From positions 109,556,001-109,620,000 of the forward strand of contig NC_058373.1 in NCBI RefSeq assembly GCF_018350175.1: a DNA stretch of 64,000 bases, in the 5' to 3' direction. Every line of letters starts with the position of its first letter. The first letter of the stretch is position 1. Under the pieces are notes generated by a model that worked only from the letters and a program-made list of their open reading frames with translations, did no database searches and was not told where the DNA came from. Positions 51,440 through 64,000 of this stretch are shown piece after piece. The stretch comes from Felis catus (lineage: Eukaryota). The position numbers and the translations under genes are program-made.

Positions 51440-51815
51440 ACGTCAAGGTCTGAATATTTGCATCCCATCCTGCCCAAAATTCTTAGGTTGAGATCCTCAC
51501 CTTCAAAGGTGATGGGTTCAGTAGCTAGCCTCTGGGGAGAAGATTAGGTCATGAAGGTGGAGCCCTCATGAAAGGTATTAGTGACCTTGTAAAAAAGATC
51601 CCACAGAGATTCTCTGTCCCTTCTATCATGTGAAGACACAGTGAGAAGGTGCTGGCTATGAATCAGAAATGAGGGCCCTTATCTACCATGCTGGCACCAT
51701 AATCTTGGCTTCCTGCCTCCAGAACTCAGAGAAACACATTTCTATTGTTTATAAGCTACCCACAAAACACCCGTATGTGGTAGTTTGTTAGAGCAAACCA
51801 AACGGACCAAGACAA
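51440..51815 (+). mobile_element. MLT1A-like solo LTR
   Basis: tctgaatatttg..gttgagatcctcacc..ggagccctcatga..cctccagaact..ggaccaagaca. Confidence 0.8.
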
Positions 51816-52476
51816 ACTCTTTTAGAAAGTCGGACATGTTGAACAAGAAATAATGAAGTTGAAAAATCACATATAAATGAAATCAAGAAGGGCTTTACTA
51901 AGCCATTAGCATTTATGTAAAGAATTCAACTGGTTTTTGCTCCCTTTTGGTCGCAAACATTTCAAAATTTGTATAATACCAGACTCTTCACCTCCATGTT
52001 CTTTTCACTGTCCTTTACGTCCTAATGAATTTGTTGTGTTCTAGAGCAGAAAGTAAGTTCTGGGCCAAAGAGCTAAACAAAAATGGTGCCTCACCCCTCT
52101 TGCTAGAGCGAAGTATACAAGATCTGCCCAATTCTAGCTCAGATAAGTCCAGAATGGGAGTGAACCCGGATGGCAAACTACCTGATGGATTCCTTAAATG
52201 GGCCCGAAATACCAGTTACATGCCAGGCCCTTAACTCTGAGGTAGAAGAGACACATGACTGAAGGGAAGGAGGAAAGCAGCCTTTCTCAAACTGACCCTT
52301 TGCTCCCTAGGGGCACACCAATAAAGACACAGCAAATGAGCATGCAAAAGTGAACACAGAAAGACAAAAAAGTGTGTTGCTTATGATTTCGGGTGCGATC
52401 GGGCAACTGCGGCAAAGAGCAAGGAGAGAACTCAACAGTTTTGTGCACAGCTGACAAAAAAGCTTTAAAAAGTTAC

Positions 52477-52578
52477 CGCTGACGATCTGACTTGTATGTG
52501 GCTGTCAGCTCATCAAACATGGTGCTGTTCATCTCCATAAATGCCTTCAACACATTATACACTAGCGCCACGATAGCC
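52477..52578 (-). CDS. PPP2R5E: B56-epsilon coding exon (102 nt): (P)[33 protein letters not shown](R)
   Basis: CAG acceptor at 52579-52581, GTAACT donor at 52476-52471. Phases (2/2) match both neighbours. ORF 52555..52749 does not capture it. Confidence 0.97.
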
Positions 52579-54626
52579 CTGGGAAGCACAGAGACAAGAG
52601 AACGCGTTGGTTAGTCTTACATAATGGGAGCTGGGAGCTGCATGGAAAGAGGGAGAGCGGAACCTGTGTCTGAACGAGCTCCTTGTACTGCAAAATCTCC
52701 ATCCCTTTTCAGTTGCCACAACTAGAAACGACCTACAGTTCATTTCCACACCAAGAGAGTTCCATTCTTCACTGTTCCGGGCAAGATATCTTTCGGAGGG
52801 GTTGGCAGGATTAGAGAAAGAAAAGTCTAATTCTGCCCTTCTAATTATCGGTACCCAGAATAGACCTGTCTGTGGGCACTTGTTAACTTCATTTAATACA
52901 AAGGCAAGAATAAAAATAAAGCAACTTCTCCCTAAAAAGGAGCACCTGTGGTAGGACTAACCTTAGAGACCAGAAATTTGCACAGAATTTTATTTTTAAA
53001 GTGATAATATACATAATTCATCAAAATCAAAAGCTGTTCTCATGGAAACAAATATGTATGTTATTCATATTCAAAGACAGGATACCGAACCCCTGTAAGT
53101 TGGGCAGTTTAATGAGTTGAGTTTCTAGTTGTGATCTGGTGCAGTCCATTCACTCCTGCTAAGTTCCCTCGCCAACCCAACACATGTGTCGCTGAGGTGA
53201 CCGGCAAGCTGGTGATGGCTGCCGTTAGCTGTGGAACATAGCTAAATGGCCAAAATGGCGGCACACAGATTCATCAAGTGGAAGAATATGCTCTTGTCGT
53301 CTTCAGGACTGTGCCCATGACGGGCTCGATATCTTCAGACTAGAGTCTAAACAGCACTGCCCTTTGCAAAAATGCCCATTACTTCTGTTTTGCAACAAAT
53401 CTGCTACCAACACCACTGAAGAAGGCACTGGTAAAAGTCAGGCCATAGGTCAAAAGAAAACGTGGGTTTGATGCTTCCAAAACATAAATGTACCTGCTGT
53501 GTCGTTCTGCCCTGTGCCTATTAAAAGGAAAACTTAAGCTCCCTTCTGTTGAGGGAAATGACCTTCTCACATACAATGGATAGTGATGGACAAGAGCCAG
53601 ATACAGTGCACTGAGCAGCTACAGACACTTGCCAAAACCACTCTCTAGGTCCCCAAGAGACTACCTGCATAATGAGAATTATTTACCAGTTCTTTATTTT
53701 TATGAGTTTTAATAACAAAATTTGGCAAATTTGAAAAATAAGAAATGTGATATTCTACAGTTGTATGCAAAACTTCTAAACGCATACTAGGAATATACTT
53801 AATTACATCTTACTAATATCTAATACCACACTAAATTTTCTTTCTATTCCAGAGACACATGTAAAGCCATTCAAATACAGAATGCTTCAACCTTCATAGG
53901 ACTAGATGTTAAACATATCCTTCAGTGATTTTAAACTTGTCTCCCTAGAGAACATTTGTAATGACAGACTTGGGTTTTTAAGAAATGGATCGTGCTAAAA
54001 TGCAAATCAATTCAAAGCACTTTCCTCCTTAGGACTCCTTAGTATTTCCTTATCATCCACTGGTGAAGGTTCATGTGGGGAGGGAGGTGAACTCTCCCTT
54101 TCACCCCATCTTCTATCCACCTCCCCAAAAGACCTGGTAATTTAGCCCTCCCAAACTTACAGGTTTCAGAACCTGACAGGTGCTTTTTATGTGTTTGTGC
54201 CTTTTAATGTGATGATGAGACTCACTATGAAAGGGCTTCCCCGTCCCATCCACCTGCCACGTTGCTTTAAGAATCCTTTTGAGCATTACCCCCTCGTCAA
54301 TGTCAGCAACCCTCTCCTCTCACTTTAGACCACCCCCCAAAAAGCTCTGCTACATTCACAGACAAGTCAGGAGCCCCTCATGGAAGCAGAGATTTTAATG
54401 TAACTGCACTTAAAAAACACTGTTTTATAAAATATGTTAACTTGTGGGTCTCCCCAACCAGCTAGTGAATTTCTAAAAGACAGGAGTTTTCACATATCTG
54501 TCTTCACCAACAGGCACAGCATCTGGCACATGGCAAGACTTTATTAAGCAAAAGAGAAAGAGGGAGGGAGAGAGGGAAGGGCGAGGAGGGAGAATAGGAA
54601 GAAGAGGGGAGAAACTGAAAACCTAC

Positions 54627-54754
54627 GGATTCCAATGTTCTTTTGAAATCCTATAAAGACTGGAAAACATGATGGGAAGGATGACATTCGAGTTTTCTTC
54701 TATCAAACTCATGATGTATTCATTATTCCAATAATACAGTGCCCTTTCCGCCAC
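54627..54754 (-). CDS. PPP2R5E: B56-epsilon coding exon (128 nt): [42 protein letters not shown](P)
   Basis: AAG acceptor after a pyrimidine tract (54755-54757), GTAGGT donor at 54626-54621. VAERAL..WNNEY and HWN motifs. Ends in phase 2. Confidence 0.97.
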
Positions 54755-56955
54755 CTTTAAAAAGGAAAAGAAAAAGAAAATATTAAGAGAGCAAAAAAGA
54801 CAGATAAAACAAAATTAAAATCTCTCCAAACAAAAATATTTTAAGACTATTTTTATATCATTCAATAAAATGTGAAATTAAGTATTAATCACACTTTACA
54901 TTGTTGTGGATTTCAAATCTTTTAGAGAGTTCCCAAAAGGTTCATCAATTAGAGGAAGGAAAAAAGTTTCCCTACCTATTATTTCTCTGTATTCTCCTTC
55001 AATACTGCCCATTTCATCTGAGCTCACATCTTCCCTCCCAACACTCCAAACACCTTTCCTCTCTAATGCACACTGCCTTCCTCAAGTCTTCAACTCTCTT
55101 CTGGCTCCCTTCTTTCATCCTACACACTTCAGACCAACCCCAGGGCCCGGCACGTGGCTGACATTCGGCCACCAGCTGCTGAGAAACACCCAGCTACCCG
55201 TCCCCACAGGCCAGTCACATTTGCTCAGCTCGTCCCCTGGCCCAGCCACTGTGCCAACACTGCACACAGGACGTCCCATCCTTGCCACCGTCCGAGGAGT
55301 AAGGTCGTGTGCTCCTTGCAGAGATGGAGACACTGAGTCTCAGAGAGGCTAACAACCTGGCAAGCTCACATTGCCCGTAAATGGTGAGCACTGGGACTCC
55401 AGGCTCGTGACCACACTCTTTCCACAGTTTATTTCTGGTCCCTTCCTTTGAACTGCGTCAGCCAGGAGAAAGTCACTCAGTTCCTGGACTTAGGGACACT
55501 GGCTGTGCAGACACCTGCTTGCTATGTCAGGTCCCTTTTCTCTGACCACCATGCTAGCCAATGGACTCTATGAATTCAAAGGAAGGCAAAAAAAAAAATA
55601 ACCTAAACAATCTCAAAAGGAACCTAAAATAAGAATAACCAAACCCCAAATCTCAAAAAGGCTAAAATCTTGACAAGGGTGCTTTTTAGAGTTGGAGAAA
55701 AAGAAAAAAAGAGTGGCTTCTTTCATTCAGAGGGATTAAAAAATTACATTCTAATTTAATGAATTAAATTTACATTAAATTTAAATTTAATAATTTAACG
55801 AAATGGTACAAGATGTACCCACCAATAGACTCTGAGAAATTAAGCCTTTCCATTTACATTATTCAACTTGCTTCAAAAAAAAATCCCGGGCCTCATGAGG
55901 CACTAGACCCTGAGAGTACAAAGAAGACAGTCATTATTGAATGTTTAGTACATGCCAGGCACCGTGCTACGCGTTTCACACACACACGACCTTATTGAAT
56001 CCTCATGACCTCACGATGGCACAAGCGCCATCATTTCCATTTTGCAAATGAGGAAAATAGAGCCCAGAGTATATAAGCCATTGCCTCAAATCCGCATGGC
56101 TAGCAAGTGGCAGGTTCCAAAGTCCCTGCTCTTAACTTCTTTACTCTGTTATCCCCTTGGAGCTCATATGCCAGCAGGGGAAGGGGGGATCTACGGGCCT
56201 ATCCTATGTAACCCGTGACAGATGCTGTACCGATAAAGAAGAAACAAAGAGCCCGAGGAAAGAGTGGAATGAACAATCTGGATGACCTGAGGGAGAGGAG
56301 GAGTAGCAGCAATGTAACACAGGCGGTAGCATCTAAATGGGGCTCTGAAGGATGAAGCAAAGAAGGATAAGGCATTCCAGGCAGAGGGAATCACAGGAAA
56401 GGACGGCAGAAGTGCTAACATGGACGATGGGTCTAGAAACCGTGAAGCATAAGGCGTGGCTGAGGCAGGCAGAGCCAAGGACAAGAGGAGGAACGGGGTT
56501 GAGGCTGCTCTGAAACTGACAACCAAAGGGAAGAACTTTTGAAGAGCCCACCAGAGGATGCTGGTACAGAAGGAGAAACCTAGGATTTTCCTACATCCAA
56601 TTACAAGTCTAATGTTTACCTGCTACTTAATGCTAACAAGTATTTTAATGGATGTATGTGTTACTATGCAAAATCACTTACAGAAAGTCAGTATCCAGCA
56701 AAGCCCCTTAAAGAGGAAAGGCAATGCTTATGCAAAGCAAAAATTAGCATGTCTAACACTAGGACAGAACCACTAGTTTCCTGGGACCCACGGTCCTCCT
56801 TGCACGTGGAGTGGTCTCTAGTGGGAGCCGTCTGACTTCCAAGCCACACGGTGGGCAAGTAGTGAAAGGCATGTGACTACACACAGTGGCGCTTGAAAAA
56901 TGTTTGCTGGATACACCAAGGAACACTTAGGAAATGAATAAATAAGAACCTCTTT

Positions 56956-57198
56956 GGGGCACCTGGGTGTCTCGGTTGGTTAAACGTCCGGCTCTCGGTT
57001 TCAGCCTCAGGCCACAATCTCATGGTTTGTGAGATCGAGCCCTGAGTTGGACTCTGCACTGACAGCACGGAGCCCACTTGGAATTCTGTCTCTCTCTCCC
57101 TCTCTCTGCCCCTCCCCAGCTCGTGTGCAAGTGCGCACTCTATCTCAAAATAAATAAACATTTTAAAAATTAAAAAAAAAAAAGAAAGAAAGAAAAAG
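56956..57198 (+). mobile_element. CanSINE
   Basis: TSD aagaacctcttt on both sides. Confidence 0.93.
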
Positions 57199-57276
57199 AA
57201 GAACCTCTTTACTGTCCTTCTTTCTTTAGTTCTAAGTCTTACTTCTGTCAAATAATTTTGAATTATTTTTTCTTTC

Positions 57277-58020
57277 TGCTATGGACTACACTGCCTCCCC
57301 CCGCCGCCCCCCCCCCCCCCCGCCCCGGCCAAATTCATATGTTGAAGCTCTAACCCTCAGTGTGGGTGTATTTGGAGACAGGACTTTTAGGAGGTACTTA
57401 AGGCTAAAAGAAGTCATATGGGTGGGGTCCTAATCCAATACGCTTGGTGGTCTTAAGAGGAGGAAGAGAGAGATCTTCTCTCTCCTCACACACACACCAA
57501 AGAAAGGCCAAGTGAGGACACAGCAAGAAGGCAGCTAGCCATCTGCAGGCCAGAAAGGGAGCCCTCACCAGAAGCAGGCCAGGCCGACACTCTGATCTCA
57601 GACTTCCAGCCTCCACAACTGTGAGAAATACATTTCTGTGGTTTAAGCCACATGGTCTGTGGTGTTTTGTTATAGAAGCCTCCTGTGATCTGAATGCCTG
57701 TGTCCCCACAAAACTCATATGTTGAGATCCTAACCCCCAAAGACGATGGTATGAGTACAGGGGGCCTTTGAAAGGTACTTAATGTTGTAAGAATGGAGCC
57801 CTCATGAATGGGGTTAGTGCTTATACAATAGCACTGATAAGTAAGGATACAAGAAATCCGCAACTCCGAAGAGAGGCCTCACTCAACTGCGCCGGTACCC
57901 TGATCTCACACTTCCGGCCTCCAGAAACATAGAAATAAATTTCTCCTGTTCATTAGGCACCCAGTCTGTGGTACTTTGTTACAGAAGCCTGAATGGACAT
58001 AGCAGTAGCTGACTAGACAC
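57277..58020 (+). mobile_element. Two MLT1-type LTRs in tandem or nested (57277-57682 and 57683-58000)
   Basis: Two copies of (t/c)catatgttga..ctaacc and ctgatctca(g/c)acttcc(a/g)gcctcca..gtctgtggt..ttgtta(t/c)agaagcc. Confidence 0.82.
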
Positions 58021-58113
58021 TGTCTCCTTTCTAAAGCTTCTGAGCATCATTTAAGGCTCCCTGGTGATCTTAAAAGACATTGGGGGGGGGCGCGGGGGGA
58101 GAAAAAAGAAAAA

Positions 58114-58160
<47 letters not shown>

Positions 58161-58168
58161 TCAGTCAG
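58114..58168. repeat. (GA)n followed by (GTCA)n microsatellite
   Basis: Directly visible. Confidence 0.95.
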
Positions 58169-59417
58169 TTCTGGTCCTTGCTTTCCACAATGTCAAACGT
58201 CCTGATGAAAACTGAAAGTACGTTAGACAATCCAGAAGCCTGAGCACTCAGGCCATGCGTAATATGCAAACACCGACACAGTATCCTGCAATTGTGTTTT
58301 GGTCTGTTTATCTGGACATGTGTTGTATCATCTGAATGCAACGTAACGGTTCATATAAATGGCTTCCACTTTTTTTTTCTCTGGGTTGACTTTGTGGTAT
58401 AATCGCTAGACTGTCACAAGATCGTTGCCTTAACATACTAACATGTCTTTGGGTCAAAAATTAAAACGACAACTACAGCCAATTGTCTCCTACCTACTCA
58501 GGATACTGACAGCTCAGGGGAAAAGTTCACCATCGAGTCCACCATGTTAACAGTGTGTGATTCTGTGCTACCAGCTACAATCTGAACAATCTGTTCCGGT
58601 CAACAGGCAGCACCTAAACAGTTAATCTTCAAGGTCTGTGATTTGGACCTTGGTGAAACAGTGAAAGGGCATAAAACCTAACATGTTTTCGCTCCAGGTC
58701 ACCCCCTTCCCTCTTGTGTGGGTTCTGCAGTACTGCGGCAATAGGCCCAGTTGAGGAAAAGGTGGCTGGGTTCGCTTCCCTGTGATTCCCCCAGAGTGGC
58801 CACAAGGAGGCAGAGTGGTGCCACGGGAAGGTCACCAACGTTCACAAGAAGCTACACTGAAGGGACTCACCTCCTTATGAACTCGGGGCCCTGAGCAAAT
58901 CATTCTCTGAATTTCAATTTTTTCTTCTAGAACACAGCAGGCAGGGAGGGTGAGGGGGTGGGGAGAGCCCCGTAGGATAATTTGAAGTTTATAAAGAATG
59001 CACGTAAAGCATCTAGCATAGTACAGAATGTGTGTGTTCTGTCTCTTAAGCTTTATTTCGCATTCTCTCTTACACTCTGCAGGAACCCTACCAGTCCACC
59101 CCTTACTCAGCCATTTAACTGGAGACAAATTACTTTACCACTTCGAACTTCAGTGTTCACATCTGTAAAACTCGTAATGCCCTCCTTGCAGAGTGATCAT
59201 GAACACTGAAGTCACTAGACAGAAAACATCATCACGGTGGCTGTCCTATTACAGGTGTTCAACATAGAGGAGGTCATTATTAAAATTATCATAGGAGAAA
59301 ATAGCAAATAAAAAACAACAGGTAGCTAGTGTCCATTACATTTCTTTCAATACAAATAAAATTTTACCAAATAACATATGTTGCACAGGCCACTCTGGCT
59401 CAGCCTCCAATACTAAC

Positions 59418-59537
59418 CTGAAAATGGGGGCTAGATACACATTTGGCAATTTGTTTAAACAAAGGTTCTTGGATTTTAACAAACTGGGAGGGTTCGATCA
59501 CATCCAATATTTCTTCCAGCTCCCCAAGGAACATGAC
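59418..59537 (-). CDS. PPP2R5E: B56-epsilon coding exon (120 nt): [40 protein letters not shown]
   Basis: CAG acceptor at 59538-59540, GTTAGT donor at 59417-59412. Contains the conserved B56 SPHFQ motif. Confidence 0.97.
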
Positions 59538-61320
59538 CTGTAAGTACATACAAAACGCAAAACCTCAGGTACTTCGTTAAAAAATCCAAATGAATGATGA
59601 GGAGTCATGAGAGTTTGTAATGTTTTAAGAAAAATTTACACATAAAACCAAACAGGAAAAAATTAGCATTGTCTTACGTTAAATGTTCACTTCATAATGA
59701 ATTCACCAGAGGGTACTTATGAAAAGCAAAGCCCCTATAGCTTTGAAAATATGATTTCCATTTACTTTGGAAAAATTCCTCTACGTGCTACATCTAACCC
59801 AGAAAGGGGGGGGGGGGGAGCACTTACATGTGGCGGCAGGGACCTTGGGAAACAGCAATGTCCCTGGGGCTCTCCCCTCTTTTGCTCTCACCTGGCTAGC
59901 ATCTGCCTCCCTACTCTTATTTTTCAAACAGTGGGAAAAGCAGTCCTCCTGCATGATGAACAAAGGTCCACAGTGGCGCATGCAGGTATCTGCTAAGTGT
60001 TTCAGCCCCTGCTACGTGCTAGGTGCTCCGTAGGATTCACCAGTTAACAGAGACGGAGAGACACAAATGAGCAGGTTCACCCACATGTAGGTACCATTTT
60101 AATCCCATTAGCACGCACTGAGCCCATCTCCACGCCTCCACACACTTACGTACACACACACACGTAAGCGCGCACAACTGCCCACCATAAAGCACAACGA
60201 GTCTCAGCCTCGGCACTATGTGTCTCAAGAAACTGAGCTTTTAGATCACAAAATGGAGCCAAATCAATAGCACAGTCGACTGTTTTAAATACAACGGAAA
60301 ACTTACAGAGAAATAAAGAGTTACCCATTTAGGCACGGAAAAATAATTACCTTAAAAAAATTAACTATGCAATTAAAATACGACATATGACAACGTTTTC
60401 AAATCTTGAGGTGCATCTGGGCAGCAATGTAGGGTTTAATTTTGTCTAACAGGTATTAAAAAGTCAGATGACTTCTTGAAATTGTATAAAGTAGGGTTTT
60501 GGAGAATTGAAACTGATTTGAAAAGGAGGGTATTTCTTTTAAAAGTAATACAAAGTAGGCAGCTGACTCTTGCCATTTGTCAAGACACATAGAGGAGTTC
60601 TCCCCCAAGTCTCCCAAAATGTCAAGCTAACAGATGACCTTTCCTGCTGGGCCATTTTCCACATGGTTTCTATAGAAGAGTGAGCGCAGGTCTGACACCC
60701 AGCTAGGCTCACAGCTAAGCTAAGAGACTTCCTCTCCTACAACCTCCTCACAGGGCACATGGCTGGTTAGGTCTTAGCAGAAGTACAAATGACTGAAGGT
60801 CAGGGATTTCCAGGGCCACTTCTGAAGAGCTGGAACTAGAGGTCTGTAACATAGTTTACAATTGTAGACAGTGAGATCCCATCTGTACTCTATTTTAAAA
60901 TGGGGAGTATTTGGGCTGGCGGCTTTAGCACCTATCTACAGCAACACCAAAACCTCCACACCATGAGGGTGGCCACTAGAAAGGTGACTTCGATAAAGCT
61001 AGACAGTGGGGCACGTGACCGGAGCCTGCCTTGGGCTTCCCTGGGACTGAGCGGAGCGTGATAAAAGTTCAGGGTTCAGGAATCAGGGTGGCGGATTCTG
61101 ACCCACTCCCTTCCACTTAGCGTCTACTCAGGCAGGCTACTTCAGCTCTCCATGCTTCCATTTTAAAACTAGTAACATGTGAATATTTACAGACCTGCCT
61201 GACAGAGATAAAATGAAGATTAGACGAGATCATGGATTTTTACACATACTTATCGGCTCAGAGCCCGACACTCTACAAAGTATTTAGTAAGTTATTAACA
61301 CGCTGACATTAAGCACTTAC

Positions 61321-61371
61321 CTCTTTTTGACTACATGTTTTAGGCCAAAATTTCATTAACCCCCTAATAAC
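61321..61371 (-). CDS. PPP2R5E: B56-epsilon coding exon (51 nt): VIRGLMKFWPKTCSQKE
   Basis: TAG acceptor at 61372-61374, GTAAGT donor at 61320-61315. Separated from the previous exon by a 102-nt intron. B56 motif FWPKT.S.KE. Confidence 0.97.
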
Positions 61372-61473
61372 CTAAAATGAAAAGGAGAAAAACAATGGTA
61401 CTTAATTGTCCACATAGACTCTATGAAAAGTAGTCATTTTGAAGTCTTTTGAAATTATGGAAAAAATACTTAC

Positions 61474-61527
61474 TGGTTCTGTGAGTGAAGGATCTTTCTC
61501 CAGAAACTGTACTATGCAATATGCCAG
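61474..61527 (-). CDS. PPP2R5E: B56-epsilon coding exon (54 nt): LAYCIVQFLEKDPSLTEP
   Basis: Embedded in ORF 61402..61647(-). CAG acceptor at 61528-61530, GTAAGT donor at 61473-61468. B56 motif LAYCxVQFLEKD. Confidence 0.97.
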
Positions 61528-62949
61528 CTGGAGAAACAGAAAAATGAAAGACAAAATTGGAAATGTTATATACTCAAAAGGGCTCAAAGATACATCAAAA
61601 CTTCCTACAAAGTTTCTAGACTCTGGTTTTAGTAATTTCATGTTCAATTCATTCTAAAAATATAATATATATAAAATGAAATAAAAAGCTACTTTTTCAA
61701 GCCAAAGATTGACACTAATAACGCCCCAGGGGAATTTTGTTAAAAAAAAAAAAAGGATACTGAGACATGAAGTATCCAGCTAATGAAAAGCAGAAATATC
61801 ACATTCAGTATATTCTGAAAGTATCTCATCTACATACAGTCTAAGCTACATCGCATGGGCTTCCTTTCTCTCTGGGCCAACATCAACAGCACGGGGTTTT
61901 ACTGTGGCTCCAGAAGAGTCCTACACGAAAGGCAGGCACTTACTAACCTCTTGCTGACCGCCTAAAGTGGCCCATGCAGGCTGAAGCGGTTTCGTGAAGA
62001 GATAAAAGGTTGTACCTGCCACAGTTAGAACCGGGAGAAATGTGAAGTTTTACATCTGATGCTAGCCCAGCTAGGTAAGAATTCTTTTACACGATCATGA
62101 AATGTGATTTCAAAAACCAGAGGCAAGATTTGTAAAAGGGCTCGTAAAGATTTTTGGACAAGAAATCCACCCTTGCGAAACAACATTTTGATGGTGTTCG
62201 AAATTAGAAACATATGGACTAATTTTTCCTCGAAACACAGAATTTCACATTTAAAGAGGAACACTGCTCAGAAAAATGTGTGACATTTTTATGCAAACTC
62301 AAAACATTCCCATTGGTTTGGAATACTAAAATTAAAATGCCACTACATCATTTATCTGTCCCCTAGGGACACACGTACCACGCAAGGCAGTGTTAGCATG
62401 GAAACCAGACTTGGGACAAGACAGAGGATGCTTTTTAAAGTCACAGAAGCTAAAAATAAAAAGATGTGAAAGTACTGATTGATTTGTTTACTTGGGAGTG
62501 TGTTTATTTGCCTGGAGAAAGTGAGAAGGAAATAGTGAATTAACCACAAGAGGGGGCAGAGAGCAAGTGACAGGCTGATGCAAATGAGGATGAGATCAAA
62601 TATTCCAGAACACTCAAAAACGATTACAAGTCCAGAGATCTAAATCTGGAAAACACACATATTTTATTCTATGTTCAATATATAACTTTGTGCACTAGTC
62701 AAGTCATTAAAGTTCTCTGTAAAATGAGATGGCGGAATAGATGTTCCTCCCTCTTGAAAAATACTCCCATGATTCCCTTATGCATAGAAAACATTAACAC
62801 ACATTTTAATTTTCCTCGGGAAGTATTTTATACTTGAACGAGTTTTTTTGTTTGTTTGTTTGTTTACGTAAGGAAATATCAATATCAAAGAAACACTGAG
62901 TTTATAAACTTTTAATTTTGCTTCCAAAAGAACTTGCATAAAATTCTAC

Positions 62950-63058
62950 CTGGGCATGGAAGAGTGATAGGCTCCTGACAGTGTGTAAAGGGATCAACAC
63001 TTTCACCAGAAACTGTTTGTGTTCTGCCTTAAGAGGTAAAGCAAAGCCATTGATAATA
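62950..63058 (-). CDS. PPP2R5E: PP2A regulatory subunit B56-epsilon, internal coding exon (109 nt): (S)[36 protein letters not shown]
   Basis: Manual reverse-strand translation gives the B56 motif [18 protein letters not shown] acceptor at 63059-63061 and GTAGAA donor at 62949-62944. Ends in phase 0, matching the next exon. Upstream exons lie beyond the window. Confidence 0.96.
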
Positions 63059-64000
63059 CTAGGAAAAAGAAAAAAGAAACATGAATTAGCAGCATGATCA
63101 CAACCAACTAAACCGAGACCACCTGTTCATAGAAGGACCAGGTTAAATCGGAATCAGTTTCTGTTGGGTCCAGAACAACCTAAACCCCACCCCAGTGGCA
63201 TCCAAGATTTCCCAGTTACTTCAAAGAGCACATTTAAGCAGGAAGGAAATTAAAGAAAATTTGCTGATGATCTCCTAGCATGGGCTCTCATGCTCTTAAA
63301 CCGAGTAAATGATTCTGAGCAACAGAAAGCTGTTCGATCAAAGACTCTTTATTTTTCCTTCCCCCTAAAACTGCTCACTTATGACCCTTTCCGTTTGTAG
63401 ATATCATTCCTGGAATTTCTTCTCAGACCAAGAATACCACAGATATAGAGCCCAGCCTGGGGAAATCACAGAAAAAACCATGGGACTCCACCTTCTTTTT
63501 CTCCTCCTATTAGGGGGAGAGACTAAGTAATCACATTGTCCAGTTACATTAACCTCCCTTGTGTGTAGAAACCTACACAACAGCTGTCTCTTTCCAATTC
63601 ATTCCACTCGTCCAGGCAGCAGCTGTTCAAGAACTACGCCTGGGTACATGGCTCCTGTGAAAAAGGCAATCCTTCCAATTTATCTGAACTTGTGGTCAAA
63701 AGATACGGCAAAGGACAGGTAGCCCAGAAACTAACAAGAAAGAATAAGGTGTATGGGAGTAACTGGCCTGGCTGCAATCAGATGTACTGTCTCTGTAGCA
63801 ATGAACAAACTGTTAGCTCTTTCAGTCATTCCAGTAGAATTAGGAATGCCTAATTGTGGAACAAGGGGGAACAAGAAATCACGTCTTGTAGGGTCAGCTG
63901 GGAAATAGGCTAAGGCACAAATTAGAGTACCCGATGTACATACAGCAAGAGATCTAGGTCAGAGTTGCCCTGTGCCACTTGAATCTAATTTGCAAAATGT

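Noticed and set aside
54755..54757. AAG splice acceptor as an anomaly
   Set aside because: Less common but canonical. The polypyrimidine tract is strong and the reading frame is intact.
54906..55352. 148-aa plus-strand ORF antisense within a PPP2R5E intron
   Set aside because: Non-ATG start, low-complexity Pro/Ser/Thr content and an end running into a MIR. No recognisable homology.
231..57251. Recurrent 60-75 aa ORFs beginning MAQSVK../WVAQ..
   Set aside because: These are translations of CanSINE copies, not a gene family.
62544..62559. CTCF-like motifs (also at ~13652, ~41080, ~56171 and ~60974)
   Set aside because: Each has two or more core mismatches or wrong spacing, and such matches are expected by chance in 64 kb.
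1..64000. A novel multi-gene system, CRISPR array or prokaryotic-type operon
   Set aside because: The sequence is mammalian. The recurring ~200-bp repeats are dispersed SINEs with individual TSDs, not a repeat-spacer array. No long unexplained ORF exists.

Overview
Mammalian (carnivore, most likely felid) genomic DNA, judged from about 28 tRNA-derived CanSINE/SINEC_Fc-type SINEs and an L1_Fc-like 3' end. The only protein-coding gene I can support is on the minus strand: the last seven coding exons of PPP2R5E (PP2A B56-epsilon), read by hand as a phase-consistent, GT-AG-bounded chain from 63058 to the TAA stop at 47440-47442. A ~4.7 kb 3'UTR follows, ending at an AATAAA plus GU-rich poly(A) site near 42.7 kb. 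Positions 1-42.6 kb are repeat-rich intergenic DNA: SINEs, L1/L2/MIR, MaLR LTRs, a near-complete Charlie1a-like hAT element and a few repeat-free candidate regulatory islands. The supplied ORF track is mostly SINE/L1/simple-repeat noise and misses most real exons. I found no evidence of a new biological system. The most interesting signals are retrotransposon insertion anatomy (a tailless internal L1 endonuclease fragment with a 19-bp direct repeat, a SINE inserted into a 30-bp-arm palindrome, a complex inverted L1 junction, an L1 tail converted into a 220-bp STR) and 3'UTR regulatory motifs. Repeat subfamily names are from recalled consensus motifs, and repeat boundaries are approximate.
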